Shown piece after piece: positions 29,790 to 39,161 of a stretch of 64,000 bases of DNA. The notes under the pieces were generated by a model. That model was not told the origin of the DNA. It ran no database searches and worked only from the letters and a program-made list of their open reading frames with translations. Position numbers and translations under genes: made by a program. Numbering within the stretch: the first letter of the stretch is position 1; every line of letters begins with the position of its first letter. The stretch is from Planctomycetota bacterium. Lineage in GTDB: Bacteria; Planctomycetota; UBA8108; UBA1146. The stretch is taken from contig JAYZBV010000109.1 in the NCBI GenBank assembly GCA_036338595.1, positions 981-64,980 on the forward strand, given 5' to 3'.

Positions 29790-30311
29790 TCAAGGACTTT
29801 CAGTGTCATCCAGGTTCAGCTCGATATCAACCAGCCCGGTGGCTTCCAGTAGCAATTGCTGCATCGCGGCGAGGAGATTGAGCAGGTGAATTCTGGGATC
29901 GTCCAGTTCGTCCTCGTCGTACAGTTGTTCCCACCCATCCGATTCGATCCCGATGTCAACAGCGAGTACCAATCGAAGATCTGTGAGCACCGCAAGAAAT
30001 GCATCGAAATCTGATTCAGGTATGCTGATCGCTCCCTTGCCAGCATCGTTAGCCGTGATGACGCGCTCGAAGACGGCGACCTTTTGTAACTGTCTAACTT
30101 TCAAATCATCACCGAGAAGGCGGGCATGTTCAGCCTGCGCTGTCGGATCGCTGAAGGCATCGGGAAAGAGACACTTGGTAGCCTTGGCATTCGCATCCGG
30201 ATCCTCGATGAGTTTCCTCAGAGTTCCAGGGATCGTCCAGAGGATTCTCAGGATGCCGGGAGGTCCAACCAGCCTGAATGTTCCGTCCTCATCGCGAGTT
30301 ACGTTGAGCAT
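29790..30311 (-). CDS. DUF2017-like protein
   Basis: 173 aa, acidic. The layout DDLKVRQLQKVAVFERVI...GAISIPESDFDAFLAVLTDLRLVLAVDIG...DDPRIHLLNLLAAMQQLLLEA resembles my recollection of actinobacterial DUF2017 (..AWL.ALND.RL.LG..). Needs an HMM check. Confidence 0.55.
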   Translation of the reverse strand: MLNVTRDEDGTFRLVGPPGILRILWTIPGTLRKLIEDPDANAKATKCLFPDAFSDPTAQAEHARLLGDDLKVRQLQKVAVFERVITANDAGKGAISIPESDFDAFLAVLTDLRLVLAVDIGIESDGWEQLYDEDELDDPRIHLLNLLAAMQQLLLEATGLVDIELNLDDTESP

Positions 30312-30329
30312 CCAGAAGAGCCCTTTCTG

Positions 30330-30953
30330 TCATCGCCTCTTGCAAACGAGCATCTGCGTCGACTGTTCGTGGTTCGAAATACCATGATCGACGACATCGA
30401 ATGTACCCGAGATGTACTCGCAAAACTGCTTTGAAGTCCATTCTCTTTGGTGACATGGATTTCGCGGAGGACCCCAGTATCTCCGTTTCCATGGTTGATG
30501 AAGTAGACTTCTATCCGGAGTCGACAGGATCAGGAGCTGGAACTGGATCGCACTGATGTATTCGATGAGTTGATCTGGATCGACAAGATGCTCGATCACA
30601 TCTGCACAGATCACCAGATCGGTGGTTCGAGGCCGTGGAATCGAGAGGTCACAGGTTTCCCAGTACTTGTGGGGGTATCGTTTCTCGAGCTGAGGGATGT
30701 TCTGCGTCAGTTCCAGGCCGGTTGTCTCGTAATCTCCGAGGAAGTGAACCAGCTTGTAGCCAGATCCGCAGCCGATGTCGAGAATCTGCCTGAACTGATG
30801 GCGCTCCATCAACTCGAGAGCGTGAAGGTAAACCTCCCGTTGCCATTCATCGGTGAGTTCTGCATCATCGTGATGTCGATAGGCAGATCGAGATCGGTAA
30901 GGCCAGGGGATGCCGTATCGATTCTTCAAGGGGCTACTTCCGTCAGTGAACAC
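30330..30953 (-). CDS. Class I SAM-dependent methyltransferase
   Basis: GTG 30953. Motif I ILDIGCGSGYKLV, and DLVICADVIEHL. Confidence 0.75.
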   Translation of the reverse strand: MFTDGSSPLKNRYGIPWPYRSRSAYRHHDDAELTDEWQREVYLHALELMERHQFRQILDIGCGSGYKLVHFLGDYETTGLELTQNIPQLEKRYPHKYWETCDLSIPRPRTTDLVICADVIEHLVDPDQLIEYISAIQFQLLILSTPDRSLLHQPWKRRYWGPPRNPCHQREWTSKQFCEYISGTFDVVDHGISNHEQSTQMLVCKRR

Positions 30954-31078
30954 GATTCCTGGGATACACGACTAATTCTCTTCAGATTCATTTTCTCTGT
31001 CTCAGTCCATGAAGCAAGTCATGACCGAAATTGCGATGAGAGAAGTCCTGCTGACTCGATCTCGATGCAGAAAGCCGT

Positions 31079-33178
31079 TTATCTTTGATCCTGAATATTC
31101 CTGTCGAGCGAGACGAAGCCCGTCCAGTCTTCAGGTGGGTTTTCTGACATGAATTTGCATCGATCAGCGAGCACTCGTGAGGGCCTGTCATCAGGAAACA
31201 GGGTCTGATTCTTCCTGAAAGCGTTGGCCGCAGCAGCGAAGTCTCCATCTACATACAGTTCGATGGCATCTCGATGAAGAACAGAGATCTCCATCTGTCC
31301 ATCGGTGGCGTGATTTGCTTCGCAGACCAGTTCGTAGATGGCGCCTCCCTGTCGACGGCCCTTGACCGCGACTTGATCCAACAGCCTGCAGTGCATCTCA
31401 TCCGCCACAACCTCCGCAACTTCTTCGCTGACAATTATCTCGGTGCCATAGATCCGATTGAGCCCCTCGAGACGGCTGGCAAGATTCACCGTGTCGCCAA
31501 GGACCGTGTAATTGAGGCGATTCGATGATCCCATGTTGCCGACCAGCACAGATCCTGTGTGCAGCCCGATTCGAGCCCGCAACTCGGGTAAATTTCGTTT
31601 CGACCAGCCAGCGCGCATCGATGAAAGACATCTCTGAGATTCCAGTGCTGCATTACACGCACGAGCAGTCACGCGAGTTCCGTCGACCTCGGCAATCCAG
31701 AAGGCCATGATGGCATCCCCGATGAACTTGTCGAGAATTCCATCCTGCAGGTGGATCTGCTGAGTCATCGCCTCGAGGTATTCACCGCCAAGACTCACCA
31801 GTTGATCTGGCGGCAGCGTCTCGGCGATCGATGTGAATCCGATGACATCGGAAAAATAGACGCAGGCAGTGGCTTCTTTCATTCCAGGCTTGGCGACCTC
31901 GTCCTTGGTGACCAGATCTCGCACGACTCTGGAAGGAACATATTTTTCAAAGGAGACCAATGCGTGTCTCATCGCCTCCATTCGTTCCTGCATCTGATTC
32001 AATTCTGTTAGCCGTGAGGGCCTTCCTGCCTCTCCATCGATCTCGAAACGAGCGATTTTCTTCATATCCTTGTTGAGTTCACGAACCGGTCGAGTAATTC
32101 CGCCTGCGGTTCTCCAGACTATGGGAAGAGTCGCCAGAATCAGGGCCAGAAACGCGAGAGCAGTCGATCGCGTGCGTTGAGAAATTTCAGTGACCAGATC
32201 ATCGATGGGAATCGCAATCAAGGATGTCAGATTGATCCCTCCCTGGCCGATCAGAGGGGACCAGACCGCATAGATCTTTCCAATTTCGGTATCGATCTCG
32301 CGAACTCCAGACGCCTGCCAGGTGGAAATGTCGCCGAGGATGGTTTCCATCTTGGTGATGGTGTTTCGGATCCAGCGGTCTTCACACTCAGCCGCACGCA
32401 CTCGCTGCAGCGCACCGGAGCTATCCTCCTGAAGAGAGTTCCCCCGACTCGTGGCGACCAGAAGGCCTGTCCGGTCGTAAACAATCGAGCGACCATTCTC
32501 GGTCAGCCTCAATCCGCGAAGAAACTGGTCGATGGGCCCAAGTGTGATGTCACAGAGTGCAACTCCGGCGACTTCCTGATCGATGCCGGGAATCACCTGA
32601 TAGGCTGAGGCTCCCAGTTGTGGAGGCGTTCCTGAGAACTGATATATGCCGGTCCAACCGGGACCGTTGGCTGCCACGGCTTGCTGATACCAGGGTCTTG
32701 CAGTGACCTGGAATCCCTCATTCCTGCTCGATACAGCATCGTCGAGAGATCGTTCATACAGCACATCTTCGCCAGGCAGACTGCGCAATTCTTGGAGGTC
32801 ACCGTCTGGATCTCTCTGGGCTCCAAAAAAGGAACCGTCTGCGAATCCGATGCCCACGGTGCTCAGAAATCGATGCCTTCGAAGGTGCCGAAGTTGATGA
32901 TCCAGCAGTCGTTGTACATCCTGGTCAGACGTTGGATCGATGATGCCGGCACTGATGAAGTCCTTCTGGGTGTCAGCAGTATTTCGTGCAGTGGTGATCA
33001 GGTTGTGGATCTGTTCCTCGACACGATGAGATATTTCAAGGCAGCGGTCCTCGGTCAGCTTTTGAACAGATGCTTGCCCATTGTCGTACCAGAGCCACGC
33101 AGTGATGCAGATGGCAGCGATGGTTTCGCCAATCATCAACACCATCAGAACCGTTCGAATCGAATATGTCCTGGACAT
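31079..33178 (-). CDS. Membrane sensor class III adenylate/guanylate cyclase (extracytoplasmic sensor, HAMP-like linker, CHD)
   Basis: TM, about 300-aa external region, TM, then a linker ITRPVRELNKDMKKIA. Cyclase blocks VYFSDVIGFTSIAE, DKFIGDAIMAFW, RIGLHTGSVLVGNMG and YTVLGDTVNLASRLE. ATG 33178 shares one nt with the clpS stop; TTG 33181 is possible. Confidence 0.85.
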   Translation of the reverse strand: MSRTYSIRTVLMVLMIGETIAAICITAWLWYDNGQASVQKLTEDRCLEISHRVEEQIHNLITTARNTADTQKDFISAGIIDPTSDQDVQRLLDHQLRHLRRHRFLSTVGIGFADGSFFGAQRDPDGDLQELRSLPGEDVLYERSLDDAVSSRNEGFQVTARPWYQQAVAANGPGWTGIYQFSGTPPQLGASAYQVIPGIDQEVAGVALCDITLGPIDQFLRGLRLTENGRSIVYDRTGLLVATSRGNSLQEDSSGALQRVRAAECEDRWIRNTITKMETILGDISTWQASGVREIDTEIGKIYAVWSPLIGQGGINLTSLIAIPIDDLVTEISQRTRSTALAFLALILATLPIVWRTAGGITRPVRELNKDMKKIARFEIDGEAGRPSRLTELNQMQERMEAMRHALVSFEKYVPSRVVRDLVTKDEVAKPGMKEATACVYFSDVIGFTSIAETLPPDQLVSLGGEYLEAMTQQIHLQDGILDKFIGDAIMAFWIAEVDGTRVTARACNAALESQRCLSSMRAGWSKRNLPELRARIGLHTGSVLVGNMGSSNRLNYTVLGDTVNLASRLEGLNRIYGTEIIVSEEVAEVVADEMHCRLLDQVAVKGRRQGGAIYELVCEANHATDGQMEISVLHRDAIELYVDGDFAAAANAFRKNQTLFPDDRPSRVLADRCKFMSENPPEDWTGFVSLDRNIQDQR

Positions 33179-33561
33179 CAATTCTGTTCCATCGTCGCCT
33201 GAAGCCCGTATGAGTGCAGATTTGCGATGTAGCGTTCCCCCTTTTCTCGTTCCGTGACCTTCACAATGGATTTTCCATCATTGTGAACTTCCAGCATCAT
33301 TGTTGTGGCTTCTTCCAGGCTGTAGCCGAACAACTTTTGCAGGACGTAAACGACATAGCTCATCAGGTTCACGGGGTCGTTCCACACGATCACCTTCCAG
33401 AGATGATCGAATTGCTCATCGAGTGCTACCGAGCTCTCTCTCTCTTCATCAGGAGATGGAGAGGCCGGTGGGATTCCTTCACCCGTACCCAGTACATGAA
33501 ATTGGTCGTTTTCGGTATCGTTTCTCGTGGTCATTGGCTGTCTCCCAGTAGTTGAGGTCAT
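33178..33561 (-). CDS. clpS: ATP-dependent Clp protease adaptor ClpS
   Basis: Core WKVIVWNDPVNLMSYVVYVLQKLFGYSLEEATTMMLEVHNDGKSIV. Start is ATG 33561 or 33534. The track start 33690 is probably over-extended. Confidence 0.85.
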   Translation of the reverse strand: MTSTTGRQPMTTRNDTENDQFHVLGTGEGIPPASPSPDEERESSVALDEQFDHLWKVIVWNDPVNLMSYVVYVLQKLFGYSLEEATTMMLEVHNDGKSIVKVTEREKGERYIANLHSYGLQATMEQN

Positions 33562-33653
33562 CGTAGGCAGATACCGGGCAAGGCTGCAAGCACCCCCCCT
33601 GCGATGTGCCAAAAACAGCCGGGCAGGGTATTCTTCTACGGAGGAAAATCTCG

Positions 33654-34298
33654 ATGTCCAATCTTGCCCAGCTTCCGATCTTTCGAGCATTGTTCCTGAC
33701 TCTGGTCATCACGGGAGTTTTCTCGATATTCCTGGTTTCTGACCCACAGGTGGAAGACCTCGACCTGAATCCAAAAGCAGAGGCACAGCAGTCACTGATC
33801 GCAAAGCAGCAACGCGCCATCGAGGCCCTCCATCGCCGAGTCGCCAGGATCGAGGAAACCAGGGTCGAGCAGATGATCGACGATCTTCGCAGTGAGATGG
33901 AATACCTTCGTCACCAGCGTTCTGCCTCCCCGGACCTTCCTCTTCCTGTGAGCGCAGTGAGTCAACCAGACCCTCAACTTCCGGTCCTCTCCGTGAACGA
34001 TTCCCACATTCAAGAATTTGAATTACGAAACACCGTGACACCCGAGGCGATCGTGATCGTCCAGGGCGATGATCCGCAGGCACTCCTTTCTGTAGAGATC
34101 CTCGATGAATGGAATCACTGGATCGAGGTCTACAGAGGACCAGATACGACACTCGATCCCACTGCCGAGACCTGGATCGATTGCGTGGAGACTGCAGCGA
34201 CCGACAGGGTCCGTGTCGAGGTCAGTGGTGGGTCTGGGATCGAAGCGATCGGAGTTGCCGTGGAGGATACGGTACGCTGGTCGATGGTGACAAACTAA
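33654..34298 (+). CDS. Single-pass membrane protein with coiled coil and C-terminal beta-rich domain
   Basis: ATG 33654 gives MSNLAQLPIFRALFLTLVITGVFSIFLV, followed by a charged helix and a beta-rich C-terminus. No motif recognised. Confidence 0.55.
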   Translation: MSNLAQLPIFRALFLTLVITGVFSIFLVSDPQVEDLDLNPKAEAQQSLIAKQQRAIEALHRRVARIEETRVEQMIDDLRSEMEYLRHQRSASPDLPLPVSAVSQPDPQLPVLSVNDSHIQEFELRNTVTPEAIVIVQGDDPQALLSVEILDEWNHWIEVYRGPDTTLDPTAETWIDCVETAATDRVRVEVSGGSGIEAIGVAVEDTVRWSMVTN

Positions 34299-35086
34299 CT
34301 CTCGTACCAGGATATGATCAGTTCCAGCAGCGCAGGTAGGGTCATGGCACCATCTGCGAGTAACGTCATCGCCGAATCCTTGCCATCCAGCCTCGAAGCG
34401 AGCACCAGCACCACGGCAGCCAGAACCAGTCCTGAACCTCTGATGATGGACTCGCCGCCATGGAGATGTTGTATCGACAAGCAGATCAACAATGAGATCA
34501 CGATCACCGTGTTTCGAGCCAGGGATAAATTTCTGGTTGCGATGGTATTGAGACCCGCTTCCGTGTCTCTTCGATGATCTCGGATATCGCAGACGATCAC
34601 GTTTGACATCACGAGCAGCAACATCACCGAAAATAACACCATCGAATCCTGAAGAACTGCCGAATCGGATTGAAGCCACGGTAGGCCGAGGCACGCCAGC
34701 GAAATGGCAATTCCGATGAAGGGTATCTTGAGCGCAGAATGGTCCTTGAGCCGATGAGCGCCGAACGGAATCGAATAGAGAAGCGATAAGAGAAGCCCCG
34801 AAGTGGCTACTGCTCGGGTTACCGTGCGAAGTTCCATGAGTGAGATCAAGAAGAGGGCTGCTGCCAGGATCAGCCGGATCGAGGTCCAGAATCTGGGTCC
34901 CTCCAGAGGCCCACGATCTCTTGGATCGAGAATCGGATCGAGAGGATAGATGATCAAGGTTGCTGCTGCGATGCACACCAGCACCCATTCGCCCGATTCC
35001 ACAGGCGAGAGCCGTTGCAACGCCCACCAGCCGAGTCCCATGGCTCCCAGGACCGGCGTCAGTCTATAGCGAAGTAATCTGTTCAA
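34295..35086 (-). CDS. UbiA-superfamily-like integral membrane prenyltransferase
   Basis: Polytopic hydrophobic protein with Asp-rich motifs YPLDPILDPRD and CDIRDHRRDTEAG. TTG 35086 forms a TTGA overlap with the upstream stop. ATG 35125 is the alternative (43-nt overlap). Confidence 0.55.
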   Translation of the reverse strand: MNRLLRYRLTPVLGAMGLGWWALQRLSPVESGEWVLVCIAAATLIIYPLDPILDPRDRGPLEGPRFWTSIRLILAAALFLISLMELRTVTRAVATSGLLLSLLYSIPFGAHRLKDHSALKIPFIGIAISLACLGLPWLQSDSAVLQDSMVLFSVMLLLVMSNVIVCDIRDHRRDTEAGLNTIATRNLSLARNTVIVISLLICLSIQHLHGGESIIRGSGLVLAAVVLVLASRLDGKDSAMTLLADGAMTLPALLELIISWYES

Positions 35087-35766
35087 ACTGTATCCCTCAT
35101 CTGGATGACGATGGCCTCGATCCATCTGGGGCCGATTCCAAGGACCCGAAATCGTTTTCTTTCCACGATGACCATCCCCGCCTGTTCCACCGCTGCAGGG
35201 ATGTCGTGGATTGGATGCCACGCACTTCCAGTGAAGAGATGAAATATCGCCATCGGGATTCCATGCCACAGTTCCATCAGTAATCTCATCGGCAGGAATT
35301 GAGCAGGGGGAGCGAAGTCACTGATGAGTATGCGAGCTCCGTCCCTGGTGTATTCTTGCAACTGTTCGATGATGTGTGGAAGTTCATCCGATGGAAAAAC
35401 ATTGAGAACAAATGGAGCCAGGACGGCATCTTTATTCCTGATCGATGGCTGGGTCCGGAAGTCTCCATGAATCACCTCTGGTGCAATGCCTCCCTTTAGC
35501 CGACACCTCGCCAGAGTAGCTTCCAGCATCTTTATTGAGAGGTCGATGATCACGATGTGCACACCTTGGCTAGAGATAACTGCCACATCCTCCCCGGTCC
35601 CAGGGCCGACGACCAGGACATCCTGTTCGGGGTCGAGCTGACCTGCGCACCACAATCTGGCAGTGCGGATCGCCCCGCCTGACCAGGTTGCCGCCAGCAG
35701 ATCATAGCAATTGGCCAGCAGGTCGTAGTTCCTGGATGGCGGAGATGTGGAGCAGGTTTCCATCAT
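35083..35766 (-). CDS. Class I SAM-dependent methyltransferase
   Basis: Trimmed to ATG 35766 (MMETCST...). Motif I VLVVGPGTGEDVAV. The track extension to 36045 is low-complexity and overlaps the divergent gene. Confidence 0.7.
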   Translation of the reverse strand: MMETCSTSPPSRNYDLLANCYDLLAATWSGGAIRTARLWCAGQLDPEQDVLVVGPGTGEDVAVISSQGVHIVIIDLSIKMLEATLARCRLKGGIAPEVIHGDFRTQPSIRNKDAVLAPFVLNVFPSDELPHIIEQLQEYTRDGARILISDFAPPAQFLPMRLLMELWHGIPMAIFHLFTGSAWHPIHDIPAAVEQAGMVIVERKRFRVLGIGPRWIEAIVIQMRDTV

Positions 35767-35875
35767 GAGAGTCTCATGGGGGCAGGACGCAGAAGCAACG
35801 ATGGCGATACAGTGAGATTCATATGACTGTCGGAGCCGACTGGAGGTAATCTGACAGCAGAAACTGGAGGCAGCG

Positions 35876-36631
35876 ATGGGGCCAAGAAGTGCCAAGAAGA
35901 TCTTCGATGACAGTTCCGAACAGTGGTCCAGGGATGAACCAAAGCTTCTCTCCGACTGGACCGCTCGGCCCTTTTTGCTCGATTGGTGCCTGCCGGTGAA
36001 GGGGAAAAAGGTGCTCGATCTCGGTTGTGGTGAGGGGTACTTCACCCGTCAACTGGGGAACAAGGGCGCCAGTGAAGTGGTTGGCATCGATATCAGTCCT
36101 GGGATGATCGAGATGGCCTGCAAGAAGGAATCCGAAACTCCTCTTGGAATCAAATATTCCGTTGGTTGTGCCACGGATCTTGGCCCCCTGGATGATGCTA
36201 CCTTTGATGTCATAACCGCAGTTTTTGTTTATAACTACATGACGATCGATCAGATGCGTCAATCGATGGCTCAAATTTACGAGCACCTCGCAGACGGAGG
36301 AAAGTTTGTCTTTTCCCTTCCACACCCGGTGAACCCATTTCTTGGCGGCGAAGACTCCAAGTTTCACTTCAAACGGTCAGGTGGTTGGTTTTCCGGGAAA
36401 GACAATGTCTTTGAAGGCACCATTGCCCTGAGTGGTGGCAATACCGTTTCCGTGCGTTGCATTCACAAGATATTCGAAGACGTGATGACCGCACTTCAAG
36501 ATGCTGGATTCCAGAAATTTCCTGATCTGAAGGAACTGGGGGTGACGGAGGAACTCCTCGAGCAGGACGAGGAGTTCTTTGGGCCACTCCGAGATAAACC
36601 GTTGCACCTTGCGATGAGAGTAGAGAGGTGA
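35876..36631 (+). CDS. Class I SAM-dependent methyltransferase
   Basis: GGAGG 5 nt upstream of the ATG. Motif I VLDLGCGEGYFTRQL, and FDVITAVFVYNYM. Confidence 0.8.
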   Translation: MGPRSAKKIFDDSSEQWSRDEPKLLSDWTARPFLLDWCLPVKGKKVLDLGCGEGYFTRQLGNKGASEVVGIDISPGMIEMACKKESETPLGIKYSVGCATDLGPLDDATFDVITAVFVYNYMTIDQMRQSMAQIYEHLADGGKFVFSLPHPVNPFLGGEDSKFHFKRSGGWFSGKDNVFEGTIALSGGNTVSVRCIHKIFEDVMTALQDAGFQKFPDLKELGVTEELLEQDEEFFGPLRDKPLHLAMRVER

Positions 36632-36635
36632 AGGC

Positions 36636-37559
36636 GTGACCACGGAATATGCTCGGGCCCCCTGGGGAGCGATGGAACTGACCGGCAGGCCGCAGCACCA
36701 CCTGGAGTTTTCGACGGGGATCATCGATGAGATCAATGACTGGATCTCTCGATGTCCGGAGGTGGTGGATGAAGAAGTCGATGAGAAGGCCGTTGAGACG
36801 ATGGCAACTCTCAGGAATCTGGCAGACCAGGTGCGCTCCGAACTGACGACAGGAAGCGGTGTCGCAAGAGTCTCTCCGCCGGAGGATGTCGATGACGTCT
36901 TTCTTCGTCGCTATTACCTCGCCTTCGGCGTATTGCTGGGAGATCCACTCGGAAACTATGGCAGGCTCTACGATGTGAAGGACCGTGGCGGTGACTACAC
37001 CAAGACTGCGATTCCGGTGAGCCAGACACGCGCAGCTACCGGACTTCATACAGACTCCAGTGCCCTCGATGTGCTGCCAGATCTGGTCGGGCTGATCTGC
37101 ATCCGGCCGGCAAAGTCGGGTGGCTCATCGAGGATTGCCTGTGCTCTTCGAGCGCATCGTCGACTGGAAGCGGAAGACCCCGGCAGTCTGGCGATGCTGG
37201 AACAACCGCATCTGCGAGACATTGTCACCCCCGGTGCGGATCGTAGTCAGCGGATGAGAAACCAGTTCCCCGTCTTTGGCGATCAATCGGGACGCGGAGT
37301 CACCTGTCGGTATATGAGGTTCTGGATCGAGAAGGGATACGAGGGTGCCGAAGTCGAGGCCCCGGACGGACTCGTCAACGCTCTCGATTCGCTCGACGGG
37401 TATCTGGAAGAAGATGATGCGGTGGCGAAGTTCCGGCTCACCCGAGGAGAGATGCTATGGGTCGACAATTGCACGACACTTCATGATCGCACCGAGTATG
37501 TAGATGATGCTGAAGCACCCAGATTGCTGCTACGTCAGTGGGTCAAGTACGTGCATTGA
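36636..37559 (+). CDS. TauD/TfdA-family Fe(II)/2-oxoglutarate dioxygenase
   Basis: GTG 36636, 4 nt after the upstream stop. HxD facial-triad motif GLHTDSS, distal His in TLHDRTEY, and Arg in RLLLRQW. Confidence 0.7.
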   Translation: MTTEYARAPWGAMELTGRPQHHLEFSTGIIDEINDWISRCPEVVDEEVDEKAVETMATLRNLADQVRSELTTGSGVARVSPPEDVDDVFLRRYYLAFGVLLGDPLGNYGRLYDVKDRGGDYTKTAIPVSQTRAATGLHTDSSALDVLPDLVGLICIRPAKSGGSSRIACALRAHRRLEAEDPGSLAMLEQPHLRDIVTPGADRSQRMRNQFPVFGDQSGRGVTCRYMRFWIEKGYEGAEVEAPDGLVNALDSLDGYLEEDDAVAKFRLTRGEMLWVDNCTTLHDRTEYVDDAEAPRLLLRQWVKYVH

Positions 37560-37574
37560 TCTGAACAGGATGCA

Positions 37575-39161
37575 TCAGAGACCCAGACTGGTGACGCGGC
37601 GAATCGGGTGCGCAGTTCCTGGCCTCTGGGGGTCTTCGAGAATGGACCATGTGGTGGCACCATCCGGCGACCGAGGGTCGAGTAGCCAGAAGGCGATCCT
37701 CACCTGACTCTGTCCAGAAGGAACCAGCACATCGCCGGCACGCGCGACATGGTTCTCCTCGACCAGGGCACCGCTGATGGTTCGGTTCCTGCGATTCTGA
37801 TACGGCCGCCGCGCCAGATCAGAACGGGTGATCCACAGCGTCTCTACGTTGAACAGCTCCGAGCCGGAGAGCACCTTCATGTCGATCTGGTGTCTTCCCA
37901 GCAATTCGATCAGGGACGTTTCTTCGACGGGAACGATCCAACCTGCCGGGACGTGGACCGATTCGGTGGCGATGAAATCGACCCTGACATCATGGGGGAT
38001 CGATTCCACCTCTTCTGGGCCCTTGTGCGCCGGAGTGTTCCTGCCCTCGACCTTCTTTTCCAGCAGTAGAGACTCTGTTCCTCGCGATCGGGTCTCGAAG
38101 GCGATGCCGAGTGAAGCACCATCCTGGTGAAGGCGAGCACTTCGACGATCTGCCGCAGCACAGATCCTCATCACATCCTCGACATGATCTGCCACATGAT
38201 CGATCACGGTTCCGGTGAACAGGTATGTGGCCTCGATGCGGTGGGCGAAGGGAAGGAAGGAGGTCGCCTCCGACAAGATGCCGAAACGATTTCGTTCACC
38301 AGCATGATTGGAGACATACCGAGGCAGCGCCGAGAAGGAGGACCAGCTTCTTCCTTCACCTCTCGACGACGAGTTCCCGTAGTCAAAGGTCAGGATGCCG
38401 TGTTTCTCGCGCAGTTTGTTTTGCACATCGGGAAGCAGGACCTGCTTCGACCAGTGCTGGATCTCCTCGTCGATATCGGCACCCAGTGGTGGCGAGTAGG
38501 TGAGGCTATAGCCGTGTCGGGTGCCATTGGTGGTGTGCAGATCCAGCACCACGTGGGGGTCCCACACCTGCCAGATCTTCTCCAGCACCGAGCGCATCTC
38601 GGGAGAATCTGCCTTCAGACAGTCGCGATTGAGATCGAGTCGCTCATCGTTGGTGCGCCGACCGATGGGGTCGGGACCATCCTGGTGTCCGCGCTGGCGT
38701 AGACCAGGCCCGAGTGCCTCATTGCCATCGACGTTGTAGATCGGCACCCACACCGTCACCAGTTTCTTCATCCAGGAGGGGCGCTCGCCCTGGCACGCCT
38801 CCCGGAGGAGCATCTGTGCCGCTTCTTTTCCCTCCACCTCACCTCCGTGGATGTTGGCCTGGATGTAGACGACCGCTCGATCCGATGCCCTCGCCTCGGC
38901 CCCATCGGAGCAGGGCGGATCGGCCAGCACCACCATCGGAATTTCACGACCGCCGGCACTGGTGCCCAGGGTCGAGACGGTGATGGGGGCACCCTGGCTC
39001 TTCAACTCGGCGATGAACTGCTTCACATCGGCGAGCGAAGATGTCTGGCTGGCATCACTCGACTCTGCCCGGGTCCAGGGACCTTCTGGTTTTGATGTGA
39101 GATCCCTCACAGGCCCACAGCCCAGAAGGAAAACCAGAGACAGGCAGGCGATTCGCAGCAT
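37575..39161 (-). CDS. M14-type metallocarboxypeptidase-like lipoprotein
   Basis: ATG 39161 gives the lipoprotein signal MLRIACLSLVFLLGC and shares one nt with the upstream stop (TGATG). HxxE-type site IQANIHGGEVEGKEA. Confidence 0.65.
   Translation of the reverse strand: MLRIACLSLVFLLGCGPVRDLTSKPEGPWTRAESSDASQTSSLADVKQFIAELKSQGAPITVSTLGTSAGGREIPMVVLADPPCSDGAEARASDRAVVYIQANIHGGEVEGKEAAQMLLREACQGERPSWMKKLVTVWVPIYNVDGNEALGPGLRQRGHQDGPDPIGRRTNDERLDLNRDCLKADSPEMRSVLEKIWQVWDPHVVLDLHTTNGTRHGYSLTYSPPLGADIDEEIQHWSKQVLLPDVQNKLREKHGILTFDYGNSSSRGEGRSWSSFSALPRYVSNHAGERNRFGILSEATSFLPFAHRIEATYLFTGTVIDHVADHVEDVMRICAAADRRSARLHQDGASLGIAFETRSRGTESLLLEKKVEGRNTPAHKGPEEVESIPHDVRVDFIATESVHVPAGWIVPVEETSLIELLGRHQIDMKVLSGSELFNVETLWITRSDLARRPYQNRRNRTISGALVEENHVARAGDVLVPSGQSQVRIAFWLLDPRSPDGATTWSILEDPQRPGTAHPIRRVTSLGL

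Noticed and set aside
34023-35027. A 334-aa same-strand alternative-frame ORF overlapping the UbiA-like gene.
   Set aside because: Its translation is Arg/Gly/Ser-rich with no hydrophobic helices. The 34295-35269 frame gives a coherent polytopic membrane protein with Asp-rich motifs.
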